Positions 9,054-17,605 of a DNA stretch of 64,000 nt are shown one piece after another. Within the stretch, counting starts at the first letter, position 1, and the number at the start of each line of letters is the position of its first letter. The notes under the pieces are model-generated. The model worked only from the letters and a program-made list of their open reading frames with translations, did not search any database and was not told the origin of the DNA. Made by a program: the position numbers and the translations under genes. The stretch is taken from IMG/VR virus record IMGVR_UViG_3300046698_000540, positions 1 to 64,000 of that record. The stretch is one strand, 5' to 3'. The stretch is from a virus.

Positions 9054-9812
9054 CTAACGCTTCCTACCGGGCGCCTTTTTCTCCCCGCCCTTTGGCTTGC
9101 GGGGCACCAGCCTGGCCTTGCCCGATTTCGTAACCTTCACATCCGCTTCGCCGGTGTGAAGGACATGAACCACCTCCGCGCCGGTGGCTTCCTCCGCCTT
9201 GGGCTGTGCCCCGCGGCCGCGCTTCTTCGGAGGCGCCGGCAACCCCTTCTTGCGCGCCTTTTGTTCCTTGAACTCGCCGCAGGCGCACTCGGGATCAACA
9301 CATTCTTCCGTGTTCACTTCCGTCGTGCCTTCCTTGAACAGGTGAAGGTGCCCGCATGTGCATGCCAAACCCTGCTCCAAAGGCAACTCCTGCTGCAATT
9401 CCTCGATCATGAGACGGCCGCTCCAACCACGCACATCGTCCAGGAATGCGATGATCGCCTTGGCCAGGATGTCTGTCGTGATCTTGAAGGACACTGTGGC
9501 ACCGGAGCCGTCCAACTTCGTCGCCGCGAAACTTTTCACCGAACAGGACGGAATATGCAACAGCGCGTCTTTTTCCGCCGGTGTACCTGGTAGAGGATAA
9601 AACGAAACCCGCGCCGCCTCGATGTCGTGGTCAAAACCATGCGACGTAAATTCCGTCAGGGCGCCGTTTTTCCTGTACAGCTCCCCATTGCCCAATTCTT
9701 TGGCCAGCACTTCGCTCAATGCGCCCTCGATGGGAATCGAGCTGACCAGTTTCTCTCCTGTGCTCCTGAAACCCGTCGTACCTGTGACGGATGCTTCAAA
9801 AATTTCTAACAT
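9054..9812 (-). CDS. hypothetical protein with Cys cluster and basic tail
   Basis: CTCGH ... CVDPECACG; SD GGAG. Confidence 0.7.
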   Translation of the reverse strand: MLEIFEASVTGTTGFRSTGEKLVSSIPIEGALSEVLAKELGNGELYRKNGALTEFTSHGFDHDIEAARVSFYPLPGTPAEKDALLHIPSCSVKSFAATKLDGSGATVSFKITTDILAKAIIAFLDDVRGWSGRLMIEELQQELPLEQGLACTCGHLHLFKEGTTEVNTEECVDPECACGEFKEQKARKKGLPAPPKKRGRGAQPKAEEATGAEVVHVLHTGEADVKVTKSGKARLVPRKPKGGEKKAPGRKR

Positions 9813-9828
9813 GCGGTATTCTCCTTTT

Positions 9829-10371
9829 TCATTTCATTAAGCCGCGCGCCCTTAAAAGCGCCATGGCCCGTGTCTTGCCTGCTCCATGTCCGTTCTTGAA
9901 CTGTTCCTTCAGTTCCAGATCCTCACGTAACCGTTCTACGATAACACCAAGCAACCCAGGCGTACCTTCATCCTGCTGAACAATATCGAAAAGAGTCTGT
10001 AAAGGCGAGCCGCCAGCTACGTTATCTATGTAATTTCGCATACCTGGAACCTTCGTGGTCGCCAGGCCGTCCATGCACTGCTTCAAGTACTGGTCGATGA
10101 TGTGGATCTGAGGATGCTCGACCGAATCGATCTGGTCAACATCGTGTTCCTCCAGGAACTTGTTGCACGCGGCCATCCAAGGGAACATTTCTTCCGCAGG
10201 ATGCGTTTCAGGCACCTCGCTGGCGGCTGGTTTGCCGGATAGCTGTGTTGAGCGCTTTGTCTTTAGGTTCTCGCTTTTTCCGGGAGGCCAAAGCTCCTCC
10301 CATAGATCGTGATCTTCCGGTTTTCTTCCGGTTTTCTTCCGCGAATCTTCCGGACTTTTTTGTTTTGCCAT
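9829..10371 (-). CDS. hypothetical protein
   Basis: ORF with SD AGGTGGAG. Confidence 0.6.
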   Translation of the reverse strand: MAKQKSPEDSRKKTGRKPEDHDLWEELWPPGKSENLKTKRSTQLSGKPAASEVPETHPAEEMFPWMAACNKFLEEHDVDQIDSVEHPQIHIIDQYLKQCMDGLATTKVPGMRNYIDNVAGGSPLQTLFDIVQQDEGTPGLLGVIVERLREDLELKEQFKNGHGAGKTRAMALLRARGLMK

Positions 10372-10738
10372 GCTCCACCTTGCCGTCCAACTTGTACCTC
10401 ACCCGGATCTGCAAAAGGCCGGCCGGAATGTTCAATGAGATCGGCTGCTCCGCCAGGATCTGGTCCACAATCTCTTTCGGCGCGTCTCCCACCTTCTCCG
10501 GGTGCTCTCTTTCAAACCACAGATAGTAAGGGCACATGAACTGATCTGGAAGTTTGCAGGCGCCGTTGTCAAACCCGTGGATACACTTCCCGTCCTGAAC
10601 CTGAGGAGCACATGTCAGGGGGATTGGCAGCTTCTTCCGAGGCTCAACTTTTGGTGATGGCACACTCAGCCTCCTTGTCACCTTGCCATCTCTTCGTAGG
10701 CTTCTCTTGGTATACCAAAAGTCCGCGAATAAACCCAA
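10208..10738 (-). CDS. hypothetical Cys-rich protein (start uncertain)
   Basis: CIHG ... CKLPDQFMCPYY; overlaps neighbours. Confidence 0.4.
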   Translation of the reverse strand: MGLFADFWYTKRSLRRDGKVTRRLSVPSPKVEPRKKLPIPLTCAPQVQDGKCIHGFDNGACKLPDQFMCPYYLWFEREHPEKVGDAPKEIVDQILAEQPISLNIPAGLLQIRVRYKLDGKVEHGKTKKSGRFAEENRKKTGRSRSMGGALASRKKREPKDKALNTAIRQTSRQRGA

Positions 10739-10834
10739 TCAATATCAGCCCCCTCCTATGGAACTTTTCAAAATCCACAAGCCATCTCGCGGGAACGAAA
10801 TCCCGATCTTGCTCCAATTCCAATAAAGACCAGT

Positions 10835-11572
10835 TCATTGGACCCTTCCCGAAGGTTCTCCTAGCGGCCGCGGAATGACCTTGATCGTCAAGGCACCCTT
10901 ACCAAGACCATACTCTTCCAGCGCCTTCAACGCCTGCTTGCCCATCTCATCCTCCAGGCGGCCCGCCATTGCCAGCTCAGCGATCATCCAGTAGTCTGGC
11001 ACCTCCTTCTCGATCCTGTGCACCAGGCGCCCCAAAGACTCGCGGAGAATGCTGTTGGAACTGTTCCGAATACCGTCAAGCTGGACCAAAACCCATCGGG
11101 CTTGAGCATCTTTCTTTTTGCTGTCCTTCCACTTCTTCGCCCATTCCTCGACGTGGCCCTCCCATACCTCGTGCTTGGGATAAATCAACCTCTCCTGATA
11201 GGGGGGAACACACTTGGCGTCCAGGATCACCTCCAGGGCGCCATTCGTGTTGGCGAACTTGCACCATTGATCGTCTATGATTTGCGGAGGCCATTCTATA
11301 GGTTGCCCACCAAGGATCTTGCAAGCCTCGATCCTGAAATCCGCCGTCAAAACCAGCTCTGCACTTTCCACATGAAACAACACGGGTGGCTTTTCTTTTG
11401 GAATACCATCCTCGTCCAACTCGGCGCCTGCCGTGGCACCGGTATCATGCACTGGATAAGCGTAAGGATTGCCTGTCGCCCACGACATGGATAGATGCCA
11501 CCCACGGATCGGAAAGGGCTCCTCCTTCAGAGCTGTGAAGAGATCCTTTCTGACTTTGCTCGGCTGATTCAT
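10835..11572 (-). CDS. hypothetical protein
   Basis: Start MNQPSK after GGAGGAG; ATGA coupling. Confidence 0.65.
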   Translation of the reverse strand: MNQPSKVRKDLFTALKEEPFPIRGWHLSMSWATGNPYAYPVHDTGATAGAELDEDGIPKEKPPVLFHVESAELVLTADFRIEACKILGGQPIEWPPQIIDDQWCKFANTNGALEVILDAKCVPPYQERLIYPKHEVWEGHVEEWAKKWKDSKKKDAQARWVLVQLDGIRNSSNSILRESLGRLVHRIEKEVPDYWMIAELAMAGRLEDEMGKQALKALEEYGLGKGALTIKVIPRPLGEPSGRVQ

Positions 11573-11964
11573 CGCTCCTCCAATAATTGCCTGAAGATCT
11601 CGTATGGAACCAGGGCCCATTTCTCCGGCTCGTACATCATCTGCCCGGTCAATTCCAGCACCAGAGCGGGTTTTTTTCGCTGCTCGAATGCCTCCAGCTT
11701 CAGCTTGCGCAGCGTCTGGAGACTGAGAGAATACGAAAGCGCGCGGGTGATTTTGCTCTCCACCAGGAATTCCGCGGTGAGGACGTCGCCGCCCTTCCCG
11801 TCGAAGCACCCAGAGCCTGGCTGCTGCCGGCCGCCCAAGTCTTTAGCCAGATCCTTCTCCCGCCGGCGGCCTTGTTTCTGCGGAGTCTCGTTGCGGCCCG
11901 CCTTACTAAATGGTAGGGGGCGTTCCCTCGGGCCCGGCTGAAACCGGGGAGAATCTGATCTCAT
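11569..11964 (-). CDS. Holliday junction resolvase (Hjc-like PD-(D/E)XK)
   Basis: GRRREKDLAKDLGG..QPGSG ... GDV ... LVESK. Confidence 0.75.
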   Translation of the reverse strand: MRSDSPRFQPGPRERPLPFSKAGRNETPQKQGRRREKDLAKDLGGRQQPGSGCFDGKGGDVLTAEFLVESKITRALSYSLSLQTLRKLKLEAFEQRKKPALVLELTGQMMYEPEKWALVPYEIFRQLLEER

Positions 11965-12327
11965 AGTCCTCCATCAATCTCTTAATCTCCAAAAGCAAGC
12001 GCCCCGATGCTGTGGCCCCAAATTCCACAATATCCAGGTCGTTCCCCTCCAGAGTCACCCGTATGCATCCACCGGATAGGAGTTGCACTTCCTTGGCCCA
12101 CCAGAGCTTTTCAGCCACGAGGGCACCTTCGCATCTTCCATTCCATGATGTCCGCGATCTCAAGAAATTCATAAGTATCGCAGCACGTAAACGCCACAGC
12201 CGATGCTAACTGATCTGCGTTTTTTCGAATCATCTCCGCAGCTTCCCTATCCGCCATTGTTGCAGACCTGATAAATAGGGCATCCTTAGCCCGTCTTTGA
12301 ATGCAGCCGCGCAACAAGTCCCTCTTA

Positions 12328-13542
12328 CTACTCATGTTTTTCCTCCAACACCGGAGCAATCGCTGTGGCAACCACCAGGGAGCCTATCTCTTCCTGCGCT
12401 TTTTTCTGGACGACCGCGCGCAAGACTTCGAACTGATCCTGCTCGTACAGCGCCCCAAAGAACGCTTCCTCCCCTTGAGCCCTGACCTTACCGAAGCTGA
12501 ACCAAGAGCCGGCCTGCACCACAATGCCCCACCGCTTGGCGTAGTCGTAGATCGTAGCGTCGTTGTCGATCGACGCCTCACTGAAATTCACCTGGAAGGA
12601 GCCCATTCGCCGGGGACTGAACACCTTGTTCTTGACCGTCATAAAGTTGAGCCATACCGACTCCGCGGCGGCCTCGTGCGCTTCCTTATCACCGATCATC
12701 GTGAAATCGGAATTGGAAAAGGCCAACTGCAGCTCGATGCTGGCCATGTGCCGAAGCGCGTGGCCGCCAGGAGGCTGCGGAGGCATGGGGTAGCTGCTGT
12801 TGATGACATCGCGGAGCTGATTCAACGCGAAAATGGTGCATAGATTGTCCCACATCTTCGGCTGAGCCTTCCCATCCGGGCCTTCCTCTTTCAGCTTGGG
12901 GTGCGGCTGCTTCACGTTCAACCCAGCTTGCCATGCCCGCGTTCCTCTGGTGACGATTCTCGCCAAGGCGCCGGGGGAAAGCCCATCCGACGCCGATTTT
13001 TCAATCACCTCGGCTGGCGACATGGCAGCAATGGAGTCTATCACGATGATGCTGATCTCTGGACATCGCACCAGGCTGGAAACGTAGTCGATCCCTTCCT
13101 CCCCGAACTCGACCGGAACGTAAAGGAACAGGTCTGGGTCGATGTTCATTTTCTGGCGCCATTCCATCGAATCCGAATGCTCCACATCCACCCATGCCGA
13201 CGCGATCGGATCGTTAGCGCCACAATCGCAGCCTCCCTGCTTCACCAATGTGGTGCACCACTGGCAGAATTTTTGCGCCTCGGCGATTGCTTTGTACGAA
13301 AGGAAGGACTTGCCTGTGGAGGGCTTGCCAAACAGATGATTCAGCCGACCGCGGGGCCAACCTCCGCCAGTCTCCAGATCCAAGGCAAAACAGCCTGTGG
13401 GGATGCGGGGAACCCGCTTGAACATCATGCGGCTGCCCACCATGACCACTTCGGCCTCATACTCCTTGTTGATGCGCGCGGCTACGCGCTCCAACTTGGT
13501 GCGGACAATTCCCGCTTTGGAATTTTTTGACTGTTGCGCCAT
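12328..13542 (-). CDS. recA: RecA/UvsX-like recombinase with Cys4 insertion
   Basis: PTGCFALDLETGGGWPRGR, GKPSTGKS, VIDSIAAM, LNQLR, PGGHAL, VKNKV, GSWFSF. Confidence 0.92.
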   Translation of the reverse strand: MAQQSKNSKAGIVRTKLERVAARINKEYEAEVVMVGSRMMFKRVPRIPTGCFALDLETGGGWPRGRLNHLFGKPSTGKSFLSYKAIAEAQKFCQWCTTLVKQGGCDCGANDPIASAWVDVEHSDSMEWRQKMNIDPDLFLYVPVEFGEEGIDYVSSLVRCPEISIIVIDSIAAMSPAEVIEKSASDGLSPGALARIVTRGTRAWQAGLNVKQPHPKLKEEGPDGKAQPKMWDNLCTIFALNQLRDVINSSYPMPPQPPGGHALRHMASIELQLAFSNSDFTMIGDKEAHEAAAESVWLNFMTVKNKVFSPRRMGSFQVNFSEASIDNDATIYDYAKRWGIVVQAGSWFSFGKVRAQGEEAFFGALYEQDQFEVLRAVVQKKAQEEIGSLVVATAIAPVLEEKHE

Positions 13543-13544
13543 GT

Positions 13545-13745
13545 TCACTCCTGGTAGAATCCAACCTTGCCCACTGAGTTGCCGTTCACGTCGAGGATCT
13601 TCCGATCCTCACCGCTGTTTGCGATATTGTGAAGCCTTGTCCCTCCTTTGGCGACAAGTTGGACGAGTGCACGGCGCACATCAAACGCCGTCTTCATAGC
13701 TTCATTTCCCAACTCAATCTCGATCCGGAACACCGTTTTTGCCAT
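13545..13745 (-). CDS. small phage hypothetical protein
   Basis: FRIEIELGNEAM ... ILDVNGNSVG; SD GGGAG. Confidence 0.6.
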   Translation of the reverse strand: MAKTVFRIEIELGNEAMKTAFDVRRALVQLVAKGGTRLHNIANSGEDRKILDVNGNSVGKVGFYQE

Positions 13746-13816
13746 GTTCTCCCTCACTACTGCGGCGCCTAGAGCCTCAAACCCTAAGCGCCGCAAAGTC
13801 GCCCGGCGCCGGCGGC

Positions 13817-13996
13817 CTACTCGCCCGCCTCGGCCTGAGCCTCTCCAAGAGCATCGTTTAACTGACCTACGAGAAGAATTATCTTCTCCAGGATCTTCGG
13901 AATCTTCTTCGACCCCTCCACGCAAGCCTCCAGGCGGCCCGCGTCATCCGACAACTTGCCGATCAGCTTCACGACTTTCTGAATTTTCTTGTTCAT
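13817..13996 (-). CDS. hypothetical coiled-coil protein
   Basis: MNKKIQ start after GGGGGTGA. Confidence 0.55.
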   Translation of the reverse strand: MNKKIQKVVKLIGKLSDDAGRLEACVEGSKKIPKILEKIILLVGQLNDALGEAQAEAGE

Positions 13997-14159
13997 CGTA
14001 TCACCCCCTTTCCCAATGAAAACTTCGGAACACCGGGAGGACCGCACACCTCCCGGGTCCTGCCGGCCAGGAATTTTGGTTGTACCTATTCACCTTTCAG
14101 CTGGCCTTGACCGTGGGCCTCGACGTTGCGGCGTTGTACCCATTCCACCCGGCTCGAAC

Positions 14160-14381
14160 TTACTCCGCGGCCTTTTTCTTGCGCCCTTTGCGGGGCTTCT
14201 GTTCGGCACCCTCGGCCGGCAATTCTGCGCCCGCCATGTATTCCTGCTTGCTCTTTTGCTTGCGCGGCCGTTTGGTACCAAATTCCGCCACGGCCAAATT
14301 CAGAACCACCTCGCGCTTCTCCTTGGGAAGGTTGCGAAGCGATTCCATGATTCTCACTTCGTCAGAACTACGTCTCGGCAT
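14160..14381 (-). CDS. hypothetical basic protein
   Basis: 73-aa ORF with SD AAGGA. Confidence 0.6.
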   Translation of the reverse strand: MPRRSSDEVRIMESLRNLPKEKREVVLNLAVAEFGTKRPRKQKSKQEYMAGAELPAEGAEQKPRKGRKKKAAE

Positions 14382-14488
14382 AAATTCCTTTCAAAAACGC
14401 GCCGGAGGTATCTCTAGGCCGACTCGCACGGCTCCAGCGCCTCTGCCAGGGTGTTATCTTCAGCTCGACTCTCACGAGCCTGGCGAAC

Positions 14489-15304
14489 TCAGTACGCAAC
14501 TTCTGTAGTCGATTCCTCGCCGGCGCCGCCCTGCTGGATGTTCTGCGATCCCATCCAGGCCAGAGCTTCCGCCCGAGTCTTCGGCCGCAAAATCGCCGGG
14601 TAGTCGATCGGCTTCACCAGCGCCTTGAACTGCCAGTTGAGCTTCTTGCCCACTGCGGGATTCTGTGTATCCAGGATCGTGATTTCCCGCTCCGGCATCC
14701 CGGTCATCTTGACCTTGATCTTCTTCGTGGGCAGCCGCTCTACGAAATCGAACACGTTGCCCATGTTCGGACTCTTATCTCCCGACCGCGAAACCCTGAA
14801 CCAGCAGCCGGCCAGGTCGCCGCCGCGGGCGTCGGCCAAGATCCGAAGAGCCTTCAGTGCGTCGCCTTTCGCCGGGTACAACGTGGTCTCCCACCGGTGA
14901 ATGGTGCCGTCCTTGGCCTTCCACTCGGATCCATCCAGGACCGTGTAGGCGCCCACGAAATAGTTCTTGTTGCCGGCCTCGTCGAAGCAGCATTTTTCGC
15001 CGGTCCCGATCAAGCACGTATTCCAGTTGCGCCAATGGCCGTCCAGATAAAACTGGTGCTCACGATACGTGAACGGGATTCCGTCCACGAACACCACATT
15101 GTTCACCAGCGTCTTCGGAGGCGTGCCCGTCTTCTCGGGCATCCAATATCGCCGGATGGCGTTGGCCCAATCCTCGCGCTGTTTGTCAAGACGCTGAACT
15201 TCCTGGCCCACTGAATCGTAGCCAGTTTGAAACCACCCCCCGCCTCCGGCAGGAGCTTCGGCAGCGGGGCTACCACCGCCTTTTGTCGTCTGCTTTTTTG
15301 CCAT
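14489..15304 (-). CDS. single-stranded DNA-binding protein (gp32-like)
   Basis: YREH ... TCL ... CC ... AYTVLD ... FRVSRSG pattern, acidic tail, replication context. Confidence 0.65.
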   Translation of the reverse strand: MAKKQTTKGGGSPAAEAPAGGGGWFQTGYDSVGQEVQRLDKQREDWANAIRRYWMPEKTGTPPKTLVNNVVFVDGIPFTYREHQFYLDGHWRNWNTCLIGTGEKCCFDEAGNKNYFVGAYTVLDGSEWKAKDGTIHRWETTLYPAKGDALKALRILADARGGDLAGCWFRVSRSGDKSPNMGNVFDFVERLPTKKIKVKMTGMPEREITILDTQNPAVGKKLNWQFKALVKPIDYPAILRPKTRAEALAWMGSQNIQQGGAGEESTTEVAY

Positions 15305-15353
15305 ACTGTTTTTCCTTTGTTGTGAGTTGTCGTTTCCTACACTGACACTACCG

Positions 15354-15713
15354 TCAATATCTCCGCTTGCCGGTTTTTGCCTGCGCGCCTCCTTTGAATG
15401 TGGTCGATGCCGGTTGAGCCTCGCCGGTCCTCTCGTGAAGAGACCTGCGAACGTCGATCGACTGTCCTTCGATCTCGTGAGAAACGAAATCCTTGGCCCT
15501 GAGGAGGGCCTTTTCCAGGGTTTCGTCCGGTCGAACGTCCGTCGCCATTCCCGCGTCTACGCGAGCTGACTCATAGTTGCCGAGATTCAGAGTCAACCCG
15601 CATGAAAAGAAAACCCGATCCGGAATCCCTGTGTTCACGGGCCCCAAGCCGCCTTGCATGCGCAAACGCTCAGCCGCCACCAGGGATTCCTGTCCCGCCT
15701 TCGCTTTTCCCAT
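15354..15713 (-). CDS. hypothetical protein
   Basis: GLTLNLGNYESARVDAG, a motif common in phage hypotheticals. Confidence 0.65.
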   Translation of the reverse strand: MGKAKAGQESLVAAERLRMQGGLGPVNTGIPDRVFFSCGLTLNLGNYESARVDAGMATDVRPDETLEKALLRAKDFVSHEIEGQSIDVRRSLHERTGEAQPASTTFKGGAQAKTGKRRY

Positions 15714-16443
15714 GTTCACCTTTCCTTGCGTAACTTGGCACAGGCAAATTCGGTGTCACCCGCGCCAACAATCCATGTTCAGTAGAAACCGTATACAACG
15801 CCGGGTAAATCCCCAACGGCCGCAAATCGTCCCAGGATGCTTTCACCTGCGCGAGAAGCCCAATTTTCTCAAAGCTCACCGGAGGTCTCAAATCGAACCC
15901 GGCGAAAACTTTCATCAGCATCTCCACCTGATCCTGAGTCCAGAGGCGAGTCATGATGGCCCTCGCCCCTTCCTTACCTCGCCGGTCTTTGTACAGGGTG
16001 TCCGGGAGAACTCCGTCCCTCACCCAAAGCTGAACGGTTTTGGTTTGCTTTCCCAAGCGGCGCGCCAACTCCTTGATGGTGTACATCGCCACGGCATACC
16101 TCTTGCCGACCATTTTATAGATCGGCCGCGGAGGCTTCGGAATCGACTGCAGGCAGGTGGGGCAATACAGGTGACCTGGCGATCTGCTGCTCTTAGGCGG
16201 GGGAGGGCCTACCACCTTTCGGATTTCTTCCTCCAGCTTGCGGCGCCGCTTGTATGCCGCACCGGCGCGCTTTTTGGCCGCTTCCTTGTACGCGGGATCC
16301 GTTGCGTAGCGGTTTTTTTTCGCCTTCGACAGATCCTCGGCGTGCTCGTCGTTGTAATTCTTGTGATAATCGAGCATCTTCTTTCGGGAAGCATTCTTCT
16401 CGTCTCGCTCCTCCCGAACTTTCACGATATTGGGCACGGCCAT
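15670..16443 (-). CDS. MerR-like HTH DNA-binding protein
   Basis: YTIKELARRLGKQTKTVQLWVRDGVLP ... RLWTQDQV. Confidence 0.75.
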   Translation of the reverse strand: MAVPNIVKVREERDEKNASRKKMLDYHKNYNDEHAEDLSKAKKNRYATDPAYKEAAKKRAGAAYKRRRKLEEEIRKVVGPPPPKSSRSPGHLYCPTCLQSIPKPPRPIYKMVGKRYAVAMYTIKELARRLGKQTKTVQLWVRDGVLPDTLYKDRRGKEGARAIMTRLWTQDQVEMLMKVFAGFDLRPPVSFEKIGLLAQVKASWDDLRPLGIYPALYTVSTEHGLLARVTPNLPVPSYARKGEHGKSEGGTGIPGGG

Positions 16444-16452
16444 AAAAACCTC

Positions 16453-17088
16453 TTATTTCAGCAGCTTAGGCAGGAGAGCGTAGGTGGGGTCCGGCTTATC
16501 CAGAATCGCCTCCAACTCGGATGGAGATATCAATTGCGCCAGGCATAGACCGTCCACCTTATCTGAGTTGACCTCTTCGACGATCTCCACGCCCATGTCC
16601 CGCAATTGCTTGCGATTCTTCCACAGGAATTTCTGAAACAAATCCCCGCAAGTGGTGATACGCAAATCTACCGCAGCGTCCCACAGCTTCTTCTTTTTCA
16701 GAAGCGTTTCCAGCTTCTCCGGATTCGGCCGCCAGGACCTTTTCTCCTGAATCGTGAGCTGGCCCAGGCCGGGATACTCGAACAGCCTGTGCTGATTCTT
16801 GTCCCCTGTGGGGGAGCCTTCCTCCCGGCGCATTTGAAGGCCGTAGTTTTCCTCTTCCTTGTCCTTGATCTTTTCCAGGAGTTTTGCAATGCGCTTCGCC
16901 ATCGCATCGAGGACGATGTAGAGCGGCACCAGCCGGTTTGTGGGAATAACCGCGACCTCACCGGCCTCCACCAGAGCGATCAACTGCTTAGGCGTGGAAA
17001 CCAGAGCCACTTCCGCGCCGGTCCCTTTCAAGTCTTGAAGCACATCTTCAGACACAACTTCAACCGTCACTGCCGTTTTCTTTGCCAT
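16453..17088 (-). CDS. hypothetical protein
   Basis: Start after GGAAAGGTGAAC; first gene after a promoter. Confidence 0.7.
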   Translation of the reverse strand: MAKKTAVTVEVVSEDVLQDLKGTGAEVALVSTPKQLIALVEAGEVAVIPTNRLVPLYIVLDAMAKRIAKLLEKIKDKEEENYGLQMRREEGSPTGDKNQHRLFEYPGLGQLTIQEKRSWRPNPEKLETLLKKKKLWDAAVDLRITTCGDLFQKFLWKNRKQLRDMGVEIVEEVNSDKVDGLCLAQLISPSELEAILDKPDPTYALLPKLLK

Positions 17089-17203
17089 GTTCACCTTTCC
17101 TGCCCCCACCTTCCCGGCGCCGTTCGGAGTAAGCTGCCTCGAAGGGACGCGCGCTTCTAGCCCTACCGTTTGGCCCGGCACCAAGAAAATGGGGGGTAAT
17201 TTA

Positions 17204-17232
17204 ATGATAGTATATTCTGAAGCCTTTGTAAA
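17204..17232 (-). promoter_or_regulatory. sigma70-type promoter
   Basis: TTTACA-N17-TATCAT, preceded by GGCGACC. Confidence 0.75.
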
Positions 17233-17241
17233 GGTCGCCTA

Positions 17242-17598
17242 TCAATCCAGGTCAGAGCAACTGTCGCAGTAGCTCCGACCGGACTTCTCGTTGTACGATC
17301 CTTCGGAGTATGCATTGAAAATTGATTCACAGTTGAAGCACATTTCGTAACTGTCTGGAAGTAAGTGACAGGCTTCTTGAAGAAACCAGATCACTGTGAA
17401 CGCCTGCTTGGCAGTCAACTTCCGAAACCGGAGGACCCTATAACCTTCGGGGACATCTCCCTGGAGGAATCTGTAAAAGGTCCGAATCGCCCCGTATTCG
17501 CGCTCCTGTTCCTGCCGCTCTTTCTGGTGTTCTGCTCTCCAGTCACGAGCCGCAAGTGCTCGCTCTGCATTCTGTTTTTTCCATTCACGTGCTGTCAT
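17242..17598 (-). CDS. hypothetical Zn-finger protein
   Basis: CFNC ... CDSC. Confidence 0.6.
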   Translation of the reverse strand: MTAREWKKQNAERALAARDWRAEHQKERQEQEREYGAIRTFYRFLQGDVPEGYRVLRFRKLTAKQAFTVIWFLQEACHLLPDSYEMCFNCESIFNAYSEGSYNEKSGRSYCDSCSDLD

Positions 17599-17605
17599 AA
17601 TAACC

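Noticed and set aside
17125-17175. tRNA gene (D-arm-like GCCAAACGGTAGGGC)
   Set aside because: No complete cloverleaf or canonical T-arm; I found no convincing tRNA in the window.
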